Shown in pieces: positions 43,703-56,498 of a stretch of DNA of 64,000 nucleotides; position 1 is the stretch's first letter, and every line of letters starts with the position of its first letter. The translations under genes and the position numbers were made by a program. Source of the DNA: an uncultured Acidobacteriota bacterium (lineage in GTDB: Bacteria; Acidobacteriota; Vicinamibacteria; Fen-336); assembly GCA_963720545.1 (NCBI GenBank), contig OY970399.1:576001-640000 (forward strand), in the 5' to 3' direction. The notes under the pieces are model-generated. The model was given only the letters and a program-made list of their open reading frames with translations, made no database searches and was not told the DNA's origin.

Positions 43703-43718
43703 TGGCACGGCACTCGCA
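43703..43718 (+). promoter_or_regulatory. Candidate sigma54 promoter
   Basis: TGGCACGGCACTCGCA: consensus TGGCACG -24 box with GG-N10-GC spacing. Confidence 0.6.
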
Positions 43719-43733
43719 ACAGGAAGCGGCACG

Positions 43734-43901
43734 ATGGCCACCCAGACACTGCCGTTCCTGCGCCGCCCGATGGTGCGCGTCAGCCTGTTCGGCTACGCGC
43801 TGAAGACGCTCCTGGTCGGCGCGGCATGGCTGGTCGCACCGGAGTGGACCGAAGCGGCGTTCGCGTCGCTGTGGGCGCTCGTCGGCAGCGCTATTCGCTG
43901 A
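43734..43901 (+). CDS. Small membrane protein (55 aa)
   Basis: Hydrophobic ORF with GC3-rich codons directly behind a sigma54-like promoter. Confidence 0.5.
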   Translation: MATQTLPFLRRPMVRVSLFGYALKTLLVGAAWLVAPEWTEAAFASLWALVGSAIR

Positions 43902-44252
43902 CCACGATCTGGCCGGACTCGGCAGTCCCTGGATCGACACAGCAGCCAAACGGGTAGGTCCCCGCCGCCTCGAAGCTGACCTCGACGTTCACCGCCTTGC
44001 CGGGGCGCAGCCGCTTCTCGATGGCCGCGGTGGGCAGCGAGAAGCAGTGTTCGCCGCTGGTGGCGAGCACGGTGATGCGCAGCAGCTCGCCGACGCGCGC
44101 ACGCAGCGTCGCGGGCTCGAAGCCGGCGGCGCCGAGCGTGAGGCGGCGCGCACCGGAGCGCACCGCGGGCTGGGCGAGCGCCGGCGGCGTACAGCACGCC
44201 GCCAGCAGGAGCGCGGCGAACGCACGGGCCAGGCAGGCCCGGCGCCCGCGGA

Positions 44253-44256
<4 letters not shown>
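43891..44256 (-). CDS. Exported cupredoxin-domain protein
   Basis: GFEPATLRARVGE, EHCF, LRPGK and AGTYPFGCC..GQIVV; signal peptide; TTGA overlap with the pnp stop. Confidence 0.75.
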
Positions 44257-46469
<2,213 letters not shown>

Positions 46470-46510
46470 GTTGGTCTCCAATTCAGTTTCGCTTCAAAGC
46501 GTGAACGCAC

Positions 46511-46570
46511 CCGGGCGAGCGTTTTGGTCGACTGGCGCCCGGCAAAGAGGCGTCCCGCGCGGCGGGACGC
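46511..46570 (-). terminator. Hairpins between rpsO and pnp (rpsO terminator and possible pnp leader stem)
   Basis: GCGTCCCGC/GCGGGACGC stem (46550-46570) followed by CTCTTT on the minus strand; second stem CCGGGCG/CGCCCGG (46511-46542). Confidence 0.55.
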
Positions 46571-46577
46571 GTGAGAG

Positions 46578-46847
46578 CTACTTGCGCAGGCCCAGTCGGT
46601 CGATCAGGCCGCGGTAGCGCTTCAGGTCGGTGCGTCGGAGGTAATCGAGGAGGCGGCGGCGCTGGCCGACGAGCATCAGGAGCCCGCGGCGCGAATGATG
46701 ATCCTTGGCGTGCGACTTGAAATGCTGCGTGAGCTGGCTGATCCGCTCGCTCAAGAGGGCCACCTGGACCTCGGGCGACCCGGTGTCGCCTTCGTGGGTC
46801 TTGTAACCCGTAATCACCGTCGTCTTCTGAACCTTACTGAGAGCCAC
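46578..46847 (-). CDS. rpsO: 30S ribosomal protein S15
   Basis: [12 protein letters not shown] and [31 protein letters not shown]. Confidence 0.99.
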   Translation of the reverse strand: MALSKVQKTTVITGYKTHEGDTGSPEVQVALLSERISQLTQHFKSHAKDHHSRRGLLMLVGQRRRLLDYLRRTDLKRYRGLIDRLGLRK

Positions 46848-46920
46848 CCGCTAATCCTCCCTACGGTCTCGCGCGCTTTGTCGCTTTTTTGGTCGCTTTT
46901 ATCGCTTTTTCGAACGGGTG

Positions 46921-46950
46921 AGTTTATCATGCGCCTCGCCTGACGGGCAA
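46921..46950 (-). promoter_or_regulatory. Candidate sigma70 promoter of rpsO
   Basis: TTGCCC-N18-TAAACT with an extended TGn on the minus strand. Confidence 0.5.
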
Positions 46951-47090
46951 AGGGCAATTGCCGGAGGATGAGGGACTTACCCTCCATCGCTTCTCCGCAG
47001 CGCCGCTGCCCCGAAAAGCTCCAGTCCCTACCGGGGCAAAGGGCACCTCGCGGAAAGACCGCGGTCGCGAATCTCTCAGGAGGCGTGAAA

Positions 47091-48239
47091 ATGCGCTCGA
47101 TTCTTCGATTTGCGCCACTCGCCGCGTGGCTGCTGGCGGCGCCCGCCGCCCTCGCCCAGACAAACGACGCGTTCTTCTCCTCGTGGCACCCGGGCCTCGA
47201 CCAGGGCGCGCCGCGCGCCGCCGGCATGGCGGGTGCGTTCGTTGCCGTAGCCGACGACTCGTCGGCGGTTGCGATCAACCCGGCCGGGATCGCTTCGCTC
47301 GCCAAGTCCGAAGTGCAGGCGTCACTGCTGGCGCGCGGCGCCTCGGACGCGGCCACTGGCCTGCGCGCCCGCACCTCTCTCGGCTACGTGGGCGGCGCCG
47401 GGCTCATCAGCCGCCATTGGGCGATCGGCGGCTTCGTCTCGGTGCCGCACGACCGCCACACCGGCCTGGACGGTACCAGCTTCCTCGACAGCACCATCAC
47501 CGACGGCGGTGTGGCGCTCGCCTGGCAGCCCGACCCACGCCTCAGCCTCGGTGCGCGCCTCAATGCCACTCACCTGCGCCTGCAGGCCGCCGTGCGCACA
47601 GGCACCGGCGTGGACGAACGCTTCGTGGGCATGGCCGCCGGCGCCACGCGCATCACCGGCGACGCGGGACTGCTGTTCGCTGCGTCCGATGCGCTGCGCA
47701 TCGGGCTCGTCTACCGCCGCGGCGCCACCTGGCAGGTGACGCGCGTCGCGCGCGACGTCGCCCACGACGTCGTCCTCGATGACGCGCAGTTCGAGCTGCG
47801 CGCGCCGAGCTCGGTGAGCGGCGGCTTTGCACTGCGCGTGAACGAGCACCTGCTGCTCTCGGCGCAGGGCGACCTGCTGCTGCTGGACACCTCGAACGAT
47901 GCGCTTGCGATCGTCGGCGGCTCGTTCCAGCCCGCCGACTACACCCGCGACAACGCGCTCGACGGCCGCGCCGGCGCCGAGGTCTCGATGAACCTCGGCG
48001 CGTTGAGCCTGCAGCTGCGCAGCGGCGTGGCGCGCGAAACCCGCGCCACCTTCGGCTACAGCGGCAGCGACACGGCGGAAGCGACGCTCTTCAGCGGGCA
48101 AGTGGCATCGACCTACGGCACCGCGGGCGTCTCGCTGGTGGCGGCGCCAGGCGCCGGCGCCGAGTTCGGCGCGCATGCTTCCGCCGCCTTCGGCGCGGAG
48201 CGCACCGTGTTCGCCGCCGGGGTCAGCCTGCGCTTTTGA
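47091..48239 (+). CDS. Outer-membrane beta-barrel protein (FadL/PorV-like)
   Basis: Signal peptide; GAPRAAGMAGAFVAVADDSSAVAINPAG signature; alternating beta strands; C-terminal GVSLRF. Confidence 0.75.
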   Translation: MRSILRFAPLAAWLLAAPAALAQTNDAFFSSWHPGLDQGAPRAAGMAGAFVAVADDSSAVAINPAGIASLAKSEVQASLLARGASDAATGLRARTSLGYVGGAGLISRHWAIGGFVSVPHDRHTGLDGTSFLDSTITDGGVALAWQPDPRLSLGARLNATHLRLQAAVRTGTGVDERFVGMAAGATRITGDAGLLFAASDALRIGLVYRRGATWQVTRVARDVAHDVVLDDAQFELRAPSSVSGGFALRVNEHLLLSAQGDLLLLDTSNDALAIVGGSFQPADYTRDNALDGRAGAEVSMNLGALSLQLRSGVARETRATFGYSGSDTAEATLFSGQVASTYGTAGVSLVAAPGAGAEFGAHASAAFGAERTVFAAGVSLRF

Positions 48240-49104
48240 CGAGCACGACCCTCGGGCGAACCGATCCGTCCGGGTACAAGTCGGCCAGAGCCGCCAGCAC
48301 GCCATCGCCGCTGAACAATCGCGCACGCGCACCGCGATGCGCCCCGGTGATGGCGAAGCTGCGGCCGCTGCGGACGTCGCGCAGCTGCGGACCGTTGAGG
48401 ACCACGGCCGGCCAGTCGGTGAGGATGGCGTCCGCCGGCACGAGTCGCGCCTCCGTCCCCGACTGCAGTTCGGCAAGAGGCTGCGCCGCCGCTTCCAGGA
48501 AGCCGCCGGCTTCGGTGCGCCGCAGCGCGGAGAGATGGCCGCCAAGCCCCAGGCGCGCGCCAAGATCCCGGGCGAGCGCACGGATGTACGTTCCGGCCGA
48601 GCAGCGCACGTCGAGCACGGCCTCGGCTCCGGTCAGCGAAACAACCTCGAGGGCATGGACGTGAACCCGCGCCACCGGCCGCTCGGGCGACTCGCCGGCG
48701 CGTGCGCTCGTGTGCAGCCGGCGGCCATCGACGCGCTTTGCCGAATAGGCCGGCACCAGCTGGTCGATTTCGCCGACGAACTCGGTGGCCAGGGCGCGCA
48801 GCGCCTCCGGATCGGGGGCCGCGTCCGACCGGACGGTGCCGACGGCGCTGCCCGTGGCATCGTCGGTGTCGGTGGCGAAGCCGAAGCGCACCTGCGCGGT
48901 ATAGCGCTTCGCGTGCGCTGCCAGGTGCGACGTGAGCCGCGTCCAGCTGCCGAAGCACACCGGCAGGACGCCCGTGGCGAAGGGGTCGAGGGTACCGGCG
49001 TGGCCCACCCGGCGCTGGCCGACGATCCGGCGAATGGCATCGACGACGTCGTGCGAGGTCATCCCCGCCGGCTTGTCGACGATGATGAGACCGTTTTCGG
49101 TCAC
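48223..49104 (-). CDS. truB: tRNA pseudouridine(55) synthase
   Basis: VDKPAGMTSHDVV, VGHAGTLDPFATGVL, TDTDDATG and CSAGTYIRALARDLG. Confidence 0.97.
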   Translation of the reverse strand: MTENGLIIVDKPAGMTSHDVVDAIRRIVGQRRVGHAGTLDPFATGVLPVCFGSWTRLTSHLAAHAKRYTAQVRFGFATDTDDATGSAVGTVRSDAAPDPEALRALATEFVGEIDQLVPAYSAKRVDGRRLHTSARAGESPERPVARVHVHALEVVSLTGAEAVLDVRCSAGTYIRALARDLGARLGLGGHLSALRRTEAGGFLEAAAQPLAELQSGTEARLVPADAILTDWPAVVLNGPQLRDVRSGRSFAITGAHRGARARLFSGDGVLAALADLYPDGSVRPRVVLVKSAG

Positions 49105-49451
49105 TCTTCGCGCTTCGGTTCGTGGATCTCCTCGAGGATGCGTGCCACCCGGTCGGCGGCGTCGAGGCCCTTGTCGTAGGTGAACAGGATCTCCGGTGTG
49201 GTGCGCATGCGGATGCGCTGCGCCAGCTGGCGGCGCACGAATCCGGCGGACCGCTTCAGCGCCGCGAGCGTCTCCTTGCGCTCGGCCTCGGCGCCGAGCA
49301 CGCCGACGAACACCCGCGCCATGCCGAGGTCGTCCGCCACCTCGACCCGGGTGACCGTGACGAAGCCGATGCGCGGATCGTTGAGCCCGCCGATGATGCT
49401 CGCGATCTGCTCGCGGATCTCCTCGCCCACCCTCTCGATCCGCCGTGTCAC
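49101..49451 (-). CDS. rbfA: Ribosome-binding factor A
   Basis: RIERVGEEI, DPRIGFVTVTRVEV and RTTPEILF.YD. Confidence 0.97.
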   Translation of the reverse strand: MTRRIERVGEEIREQIASIIGGLNDPRIGFVTVTRVEVADDLGMARVFVGVLGAEAERKETLAALKRSAGFVRRQLAQRIRMRTTPEILFTYDKGLDAADRVARILEEIHEPKREE

Positions 49452-49729
49452 AGGAACTCCGTATCCGCCGAGGCCACCTCGGCATCGCTCAGGCTATACG
49501 CCTCTTCGGTGATCGCCTGCAGGGTCTTTTCGAGGTGCGCCTGGTCGCTGTTCACGCCCACCACCGCAAGGCGCGTCCGCTGCCACAGGTCCTGGTGCTC
49601 GACCTCGGCCAGCGACACGTTGAACCGGTTCCTGACGCGCGTCTCAAACCCGCGCAGCACCTGCCGCTTGTCCTTCAACGACCGCGCCTGCGGGAGGTGG
49701 AACTCCAGGATCAGCAGGCCGATGGACAA
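49448..49729 (-). CDS. DUF503 (YlxP-like) protein
   Basis: ARSLKDKRQV, RFNVSLAEVEHQDLWQ; usual position before rbfA. Confidence 0.92.
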   Translation of the reverse strand: MSIGLLILEFHLPQARSLKDKRQVLRGFETRVRNRFNVSLAEVEHQDLWQRTRLAVVGVNSDQAHLEKTLQAITEEAYSLSDAEVASADTEFL

Positions 49730-50063
49730 GCGGACTCCGTACGGCGTTTCCCGGCGGCCGTTCGTCGACTGGGTCCAGCGATTTCAATCACGAAGCGCAA
49801 CCGTGATGAAGGCGCTGTGGACATGCAGACCTCCGTTGTAGTGGGTTAAACCCATCTTCCCGAACCGATTCATGAAATAGATCCCCCTGAACGAGTGGTG
49901 CCAACAAAGAGGCGAGAGTTTCCTGGCTCACTTTGCAATCACGGTTTCCGGTTTCGATTCCTTTCCGTAGAGCCCGAGACTATGCTCAACACGGCGCGAC
50001 GGGCAATCTGAGGCCGTAGTCGCGTGCTCGAAGCGCCTTCTCGAACGCGTTCAGGGTCGAGCT

Positions 50064-51503
50064 ATGAAACACAACGGCTTAGTCAGCGTTTTCTTGACCT
50101 GCGCGGGTGCCGTCGCCATCGCGGCCGGCATCACCTCCGTTGCCTTCGCGGGGCTTGTGGGCAACATGCCGCGCGGCGTGGCCGTGAACGAACGCACCGG
50201 AAAGGTGTACGTGGCCAACAGCGGCGACGATACTGTCGCCGTGATCCAGGGCGAGGCGCAGCGGGTCCTTGCCACGGTGCCCGTCGGGTTCTTCCCGTTC
50301 ACGATCGCGGTCAACGTCGAGACAAACCGCGTCTACGTCGTTTCCATGGATTCCTCCGTGAGTGTGATCGACGGTGTGACCAACGCGGTGGTCGACACGA
50401 TCCCACTCCCGCCGAGCAGCACAGGCAGTGGTCTTGCGGTGGACACGCAAGCCAACAGGATCTACGTTGGGGGCGATGCCGACATCACCGTCATCGATGG
50501 CTCCGACGATTCGATTCTCACGTCGTTCACCGTCGGGCCGGGCGTGCGCGGCTTGGCGGTCCATCATGGGAGGAACCGGCTCTACGTCAGCAAGGACGTC
50601 GGCGTTGGCGGCCGTCTGCTGGTCGTCAGGTTGACCGACAACAAGATCGTGGCCAGGCCGCAGGTGGGAGATGGACCGACCGGAATTGTCGTGGACCCAA
50701 CAAATCATCGGATCTACGTGGCCGATAACCATTCGGGTGACGAAATTTCTTTGCTCGACTCCCGCAGCCTGACCCCATTGCCTCAGATCGATGTGAGCTG
50801 CTGTCCGGCGAGCCTTGCCCGCAACCCGAGGACCGGCACCATCCTTTCCGACCGGGGAGCGCTCAGACGCTTCGACACGATCTCGTTCATCGATCCTGTC
50901 ACCTCGACCATCCGGGAGGAACGACCCATGAGGAGCCCGTATGGCCTCGCGGCAGATTCGGTTCGCAACGGCTTCTACGTCACGAACAATTCGCGGGACG
51001 CTCTTCAGTTTTTCCTGGAGGCCGAGCTCCTGAAGAGCCCATCTTTCGAGGAACTCGACGGCCATTTCGCGGCGAACTGGGCCCGCCACAACACCGAAGG
51101 GTATCCGCTCGACGCGCGCTTTAAAGACCCCGTCGACGGCGAGTTTGCTTTCCAGTTGACCGGCGCCGCGGGAGAGCAGAAGTATCTTGCCCAATCGGTC
51201 GACACCGCAGGACCCGCAGGGACCATCCTTCAGGTCGAAGGCTGGAGCAAATCCTCGGGTGCCTCACCCAATGGCGGCGAATATGGCCTCCAAGCAACCC
51301 TTTACTTCACCGACGGGACGCACCGGACCTGGCACCTGCCCTTTACGAAGGACGCCCACGACTGGGAGAAGGTCAAGAAGCGTATCGTGGCGCCGTTGGA
51401 CTTCACGCGTCTGGTCGTGCGGGTGATGTACGAGAACCAGACCGATGTCGCTCTCTTCGACGACCTCCACGCGTGGAGGAATGACAACCCCTTGGCCCCG
51501 TGA
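50064..51503 (+). CDS. Exported YVTN/YncE beta-propeller protein with a C-terminal carbohydrate-binding-like jelly-roll domain
   Basis: Repeats PRGVAVN..VYVANSGDDTVAVI, RVYVV, RIYVAD and FYVTN; C-domain starting LLKSPSFEE..W with a HDWEK motif. Confidence 0.8.
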   Translation: MKHNGLVSVFLTCAGAVAIAAGITSVAFAGLVGNMPRGVAVNERTGKVYVANSGDDTVAVIQGEAQRVLATVPVGFFPFTIAVNVETNRVYVVSMDSSVSVIDGVTNAVVDTIPLPPSSTGSGLAVDTQANRIYVGGDADITVIDGSDDSILTSFTVGPGVRGLAVHHGRNRLYVSKDVGVGGRLLVVRLTDNKIVARPQVGDGPTGIVVDPTNHRIYVADNHSGDEISLLDSRSLTPLPQIDVSCCPASLARNPRTGTILSDRGALRRFDTISFIDPVTSTIREERPMRSPYGLAADSVRNGFYVTNNSRDALQFFLEAELLKSPSFEELDGHFAANWARHNTEGYPLDARFKDPVDGEFAFQLTGAAGEQKYLAQSVDTAGPAGTILQVEGWSKSSGASPNGGEYGLQATLYFTDGTHRTWHLPFTKDAHDWEKVKKRIVAPLDFTRLVVRVMYENQTDVALFDDLHAWRNDNPLAP

Positions 51504-51539
51504 GGGAGCCAGCGATGTCTGATCGCGGTGAGCTTCGCC

Positions 51540-54374
51540 TTAGAGCGTTTCCTTGACCTTCTCGGTGGTGAAGAACTCGATGACGTCGCCGGGCTTCAGG
51601 TCGTTGTAGTTGGCTATGCCGATGCCGCATTCAAGGCCGTTCTTCACTTCGCTCGCGTCGTCCTTGAAGCGCTTCAGCGAGGCGACGGTGCCGGTGTGGA
51701 TGACCACGTTGTCGCGCAGCAGGCGAACCCGGGCGGTGCGGGTGACGCGGCCGTCCACCACCATGCAGCCGGCGATCGTGCCGACCTTGGAAATGCGGAA
51801 CACGTCGCGCACCTCGGCCGAGCCGAGGCGCACTTCGCGGATGGTCGGCTCCAGCAGGCCCTCGAGCGCCTTCTTCATCTCGTCCACGACGTCGTAGATG
51901 ACGGTGTGCAGGCGGATCTCCACCTTGTCGCGCTCGGCGATCTCGGTGGCCTTGCGCTCCGGCCGCACGTTGAAGCCGATGACCACGGCTCCCGACGCCG
52001 TCGCGAGCAGCACGTCGCTCTCGGTGATGGCGCCGACGCCGGAGCGGATGACGCGCAGGCGGATCTTCTCCTGCGGGATCTTCATCAGCTGGTCGGTGAC
52101 TGCCTCGACCGAGCCCTGCACGTCGCCCTTCAGCACGATCGGCAGCTCCTTCAGCTGGCCGTCGGCGATCGCCTTCGACAGGTCTTCGAGCTTGACCGCG
52201 CGCGTGGCAGCGAGCGCCTTCTCGCGGATCTTCAGCTGGCGGAAGCTGGTGATCGACTGCGCCTTGACGGCGTCGGTGACCACCAGGATCTGGTCGCCCG
52301 GCTCCGGCGTCGCGGCGAGACCGAGCACCTCGGCAGGCGTTGACGGCCCGGCGCGCTCCAGCCGCCGCCCCTGGTCGTCGACCAGCGCGCGCACCTTGCC
52401 GGAGACGGCACCGGCGACAATGGTGTCGCCGACGTTGAGCGTGCCGTCCTGGATGAGGATGGTCGCGACCGGGCCGCGGCCCTTGTCGAGCCGCGCCTCG
52501 AGCACGGTGCCGACGGCGGTCTTGTTGGGGTTCGCCTTGAGGTCCTGGATGTCGGCGACCAGCAGGATCATCTCGAGCAGCTGCTCGAGGTTCTGGCGCT
52601 TCTTCGCCGAGACGTTGACGAACACCGTGGTGCCGCCCCAATCCTCGGCGAGCAGGCCCTTGTCGGCGAGCTGCTGCTTCACGCGGTCCGGCTGGGCTTC
52701 GGGCTTGTCGATCTTGTTGACGGCGACGATGATCGGCACGCCGGCCGCCTTGGCGTGGTCGATCGCTTCCACCGTCTGCGGCATCATGCCGTCGTCGGCC
52801 GCCACCACCAGCACCACGATGTCGGTGACCTTGGCGCCGCGAGCGCGCATCAGCGTGAACGCTTCATGGCCGGGCGTGTCGAGGAAGACCACCTTCCGCT
52901 GGCCGACGTCGACGTGATAGGCGCCGATGTGCTGCGTGATGCCGCCGGCTTCACCGGAGGCAACGCTCGTCTCGCGGATCGCATCGAGGAGTGACGTCTT
53001 GCCGTGGTCCACGTGGCCCATGACGGTCACCACCGGTGCGCGCGGGGAGAGGTCTTCCGGGTTCGCCACCTGCTGGACCGACTCGACCACTTCCTCCTCG
53101 AACGAGCGGAAGGCAATGTCGTAGCCGAATTCCTTCCCCACCTCGACGATCAGCGACGGCTCGAGCGTCTGGTTGAGGGTGGCCATGATTCCGCGGCCGA
53201 TCAGGTTCTTCATCAGGTCGCGGCTCTTCACGTCTTCCATCTTTTCCGCGATGTCCTTGATGGTCATCGACTCGGTGAGGAACACCTTGCGCAGCGGTCC
53301 GCTGTAAGTCGGGCGCTCTTCCTTGCGCGGCGCCTGGATGCGATCGCGCTCCTGCTTGCGCGGGGCCGGGCGGCCCGACGGGCGTGAGGCCCCGGGATAG
53401 GAGCCGGGCCGCGGCGGCAGCGGCCGCGCGGGCAGCGGCGACATGCCGGGGCGCGTGGGCTGCGGCGAGCGCGCCATGCCGGGCGAAGTCGCCGAGGTCG
53501 GGTGTGGGCCGATCGGCCGTGGAGGTGCGATGGGCCGCAGCGGACGCATGGTGCCGGGCTGGCGCAGGGTGGTGGCGGCGGGTGCTGCAGCCATGGTGGC
53601 GGAAGCGGTGGCGGCCGGCGCGGGCGTTGCCGCGGGCTGTGCCGGACGCGGCGCCATTGCAGGGCGTGGCATCGGCGGCGCGGGCGGAGCGATGGGCCGG
53701 AGGTTGCCGATGGGGCGCATGACCGGCACGGGCGGCGCCGAGATGGGACTCATCGGACGGGGTGTGGGTGTGAGCGCCGCGGCCGATGCTGCGGGCGCCG
53801 CCGCCCTCGGAGGCAGCGTGGACTCGTCGGCCTGCGCGGCGGAAGCGGCTTGTTCATACGAAGCCGTTTCCGGCGCGTCCGGGCCGCCGTCGGCCCAGGC
53901 GAGCTCGCCGTCTTCGTCTTCGGGCAGCGCCACCGGCATCACCACGCGCGGCGCGAGCCGCGGTGCGCCGGGCGCATGCGTCAGCGCCGGCTCCTCGGGA
54001 GCGGCCGCCTTCGCAGCCTTCTCGGCCTCCGCACGCGCGGCCTTCGTTTTCGGTCCGGCCCTGCGCGCCTCGGCCGCGGCCTTGGCGGCGGCGGCGGCGC
54101 GTTCGCGCTCTTCCCGTTCTGCGGCGATCTTCGCGGCGAGCGCCTCGGCGGCCTGCTCGCGCTCGTTCTCGTCTTCCTCGCTGCCGTAGACGCGCTTCTT
54201 CTTCGCGGTGAAGGACTCGATCTTCACCGAGCGCTTGAGCTTGTCGGCGGCGTCCTCGTCAAGGGAGCTGGACGCCGTCTTCACGTCGAAGCCCAGCCTC
54301 TTCAGCCGGTCGATGACCTCCTGGGAAGGAATCCCGAGATCACGAGCAAGCTGAAAGACCCTGACATTCGACAT
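51540..54374 (-). CDS. infB: Translation initiation factor IF-2
   Basis: [12 protein letters not shown]-domain, Pro-rich linker, [31 protein letters not shown] and NKID. Confidence 0.99.
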   Translation of the reverse strand: MSNVRVFQLARDLGIPSQEVIDRLKRLGFDVKTASSSLDEDAADKLKRSVKIESFTAKKKRVYGSEEDENEREQAAEALAAKIAAEREERERAAAAAKAAAEARRAGPKTKAARAEAEKAAKAAAPEEPALTHAPGAPRLAPRVVMPVALPEDEDGELAWADGGPDAPETASYEQAASAAQADESTLPPRAAAPAASAAALTPTPRPMSPISAPPVPVMRPIGNLRPIAPPAPPMPRPAMAPRPAQPAATPAPAATASATMAAAPAATTLRQPGTMRPLRPIAPPRPIGPHPTSATSPGMARSPQPTRPGMSPLPARPLPPRPGSYPGASRPSGRPAPRKQERDRIQAPRKEERPTYSGPLRKVFLTESMTIKDIAEKMEDVKSRDLMKNLIGRGIMATLNQTLEPSLIVEVGKEFGYDIAFRSFEEEVVESVQQVANPEDLSPRAPVVTVMGHVDHGKTSLLDAIRETSVASGEAGGITQHIGAYHVDVGQRKVVFLDTPGHEAFTLMRARGAKVTDIVVLVVAADDGMMPQTVEAIDHAKAAGVPIIVAVNKIDKPEAQPDRVKQQLADKGLLAEDWGGTTVFVNVSAKKRQNLEQLLEMILLVADIQDLKANPNKTAVGTVLEARLDKGRGPVATILIQDGTLNVGDTIVAGAVSGKVRALVDDQGRRLERAGPSTPAEVLGLAATPEPGDQILVVTDAVKAQSITSFRQLKIREKALAATRAVKLEDLSKAIADGQLKELPIVLKGDVQGSVEAVTDQLMKIPQEKIRLRVIRSGVGAITESDVLLATASGAVVIGFNVRPERKATEIAERDKVEIRLHTVIYDVVDEMKKALEGLLEPTIREVRLGSAEVRDVFRISKVGTIAGCMVVDGRVTRTARVRLLRDNVVIHTGTVASLKRFKDDASEVKNGLECGIGIANYNDLKPGDVIEFFTTEKVKETL

Positions 54375-54384
54375 CCGTTCTCCT

Positions 54385-55875
54385 TTAGACCTCGCGACCG
54401 CTGACGGCGGGCTCGTCGGTCGCGGCGGCTTCGGCCGCCCCTTCCGCTTTGTCGTCGCTGGACGCCGCAGCCGCGGCTTCGGCCTCAGCCTCGGCAGCCT
54501 CGGCATCGGCGGCAGCCTGCGCCTCCGCCGCCGCCTGCGCTTCGGCTGCCGCATGGGCCGCCTGCTCCGCCTCGAGCCGCGCGTTCTCCTCGGCGTCTTT
54601 CGCGTCCCAGCCGGCCTTCGCGGCCCGGCCGGCTTCGCGCAGCTTCGCCGTGAGCGCGGCATCGACGCCCTCGACGGTGAGGAAGTCCTCGTCGCTCATC
54701 TCGAGCAGGTGCGGCAGCCCGGCGACGCCCGCGTCGATGAGCCGCTGCGTGATCTTTTCCTCGATGCCGTGGGCCTGGAGGCTGTGCAGCTCCTCGACGA
54801 TGCGCTGCATGCGCGCCATCTCGGCCTCGACCTCCGGCGCTTCTCTTCCTCGCTCTTGATGTCGATGCGCCAGCCGACCAGCTTGGCCGCGAGCCGCACG
54901 TTCTGGCCCTTCTTGCCGATGGCGAGGCTCAGCTGCTTGTCCTCGACGACCACTTCCATGATCCGCTGCTCCTCGTCGATGATGGTGACGCGCGCGACCT
55001 TGGCGGGCGACAGCGCCTTCTCGACGAAGGTCACCGGGTCCTCGCTCCACTCGACGATGTCGATCTTCTCGCCGCGCAGCTCGCGGATGATGGACTGCAC
55101 GCGCGTGCCCTTCATGCCGACGCAGGCGCCGACCGGGTCGACGTCCTTCTCGCTTCGAGACCACGGCGATCTTGGCGCGCTCGCCCGCCTCGCGCACGCA
55201 GCCCTTGATCTGAGACGGTGCCGTCGTAGATCTCGGGCACTTCCATCTCGAAGAGCTTGACCAGCAGTGCCGGATCGGTGCGGCTGACGATCACCTGTGG
55301 ACCCTTGGCCGCCTTCAGCACCTTGACGAGCGCGACGCGCACGCGGTCGCCCGGCTGGTACGTCTCGGTGCGGCTCTGTTCCTTGCGCGGCAGCACCGCT
55401 TCGGCGCGGCCCAGGTCGACGACGAAGTCGCCCATCTCCTGGCGCTTGATGATGCCGTTCACCACCTCGCCCACGCGGCCCGAGTACTCGGCGAAGACGT
55501 TGTCGCGCTCGGCCTCGCGCACCTTCTGGAAGATCACCTGCTTCGCCGTCTGCGCGGCGATGCGGCCTAGGATGTCGGTCGGCTTGGGGAACTCGATCTC
55601 CTGGCCGACTTCGGCCTCGGGGATGAGCTTGCGCGCCTCCTCGAGGCTGATCTGCGATCTCGGGCGATCTCGACGTCGTCGACGATCTGGCGCACCGCGA
55701 ACACCTCGATCTGGCCGGCTCTCGTCGTTGAAGCGGCTGCGCAGGTCTTCGTTGTTCTTGTAGTACTTCTTCGACGCGGTGAGGATTGCGTCCTCGATCG
55801 CCGCGATGATGACTCCGGGTTGATGTTCTTCTCGCGGCTGATCTGGTCGATCTGCTGTCTCAATTGATTCGCCAT
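54385..55875 (-). CDS. nusA: Transcription termination factor NusA, broken by several apparent indels
   Basis: Fragments in different frames: [50 protein letters not shown] and [15 protein letters not shown]. Confidence 0.92.
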
Positions 55876-55883
55876 GTCGTGCC

Positions 55884-56367
55884 TTAGGCCCCCGGCCGAA
55901 ATTCGACTTCCAGGCGGCCGTGGGCGATCTTGGCGAAGGGCATCCGGACCAGGGTTCCGCCTTCCTTCTCGAGGCTCAGCACCACGTTGCCGTCCTCGAA
56001 GAAGCAAGCCGTCCCGTCCAGTGGCGCCGGCCGTCGACGGCTCGTAGCTCGAGACCTTGGCCAGCTTCCCGACGAACCGCCGGTAGTCGGCTTCGCTGCG
56101 CAGAGGCCGGTCGAGACCGGGGGAAGAAACTTCCAGCGTATAGGTCGAGTCGATCGGATCCTCGGCGTCGAGGATCGCGGAAACTTCATCGGAGACGGTC
56201 TGCAGCTCGTCGAGGCCGATGCCGCCCTGCTTGTCCACGAACAGGCGCACGAGCTGCCCGCCGCGGCCCCGCTTGACCTCGACATCGACCAGCTCGAAGC
56301 CGTGGCTTTCCGCCACCCGCCTCGCGATCGCCGTCACGATTTCAGACTCCGCTCCCTTTGCCGCCAC
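55884..56367 (-). CDS. rimP: Ribosome maturation factor RimP, with apparent indels near 56010-56040
   Basis: GFELVDVE, VRLFVDK, SAILDAEDPI, YTLEVSSPGLDRPL, then C-terminal IAHGRLEVEF in another frame. Confidence 0.92.
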
Positions 56368-56389
56368 GTATCCGGCCCTTCGAAACTCC

Positions 56390-56416
56390 AAAAAAAAGAG
56401 TGGGTCGAGCCCACTC
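56390..56416 (-). terminator. rimP leader attenuator hairpin
   Basis: Minus strand GAGTGGG-CTCGA-CCCACTC followed by T8, about 20 nt before the rimP start; extended -10 TGCTAGAAT at 56446-56454. Confidence 0.8.
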
Positions 56417-56498
56417 CGGTGCAGACTCACGAGTTGAGAGTCTTCATTCTAGCAGAATTTCCTCGAAACCCAGCAAGATGATGGGGTTCCCGGTGGCG

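Noticed and set aside
53380..54620. Repetitive GCC/GCG-rich tracts suggesting a repeat array
   Set aside because: They encode the Pro/Ala-rich linker of IF-2 and the Ala/Glu-rich tail of NusA; there is no repeat-spacer periodicity, so this is not CRISPR.
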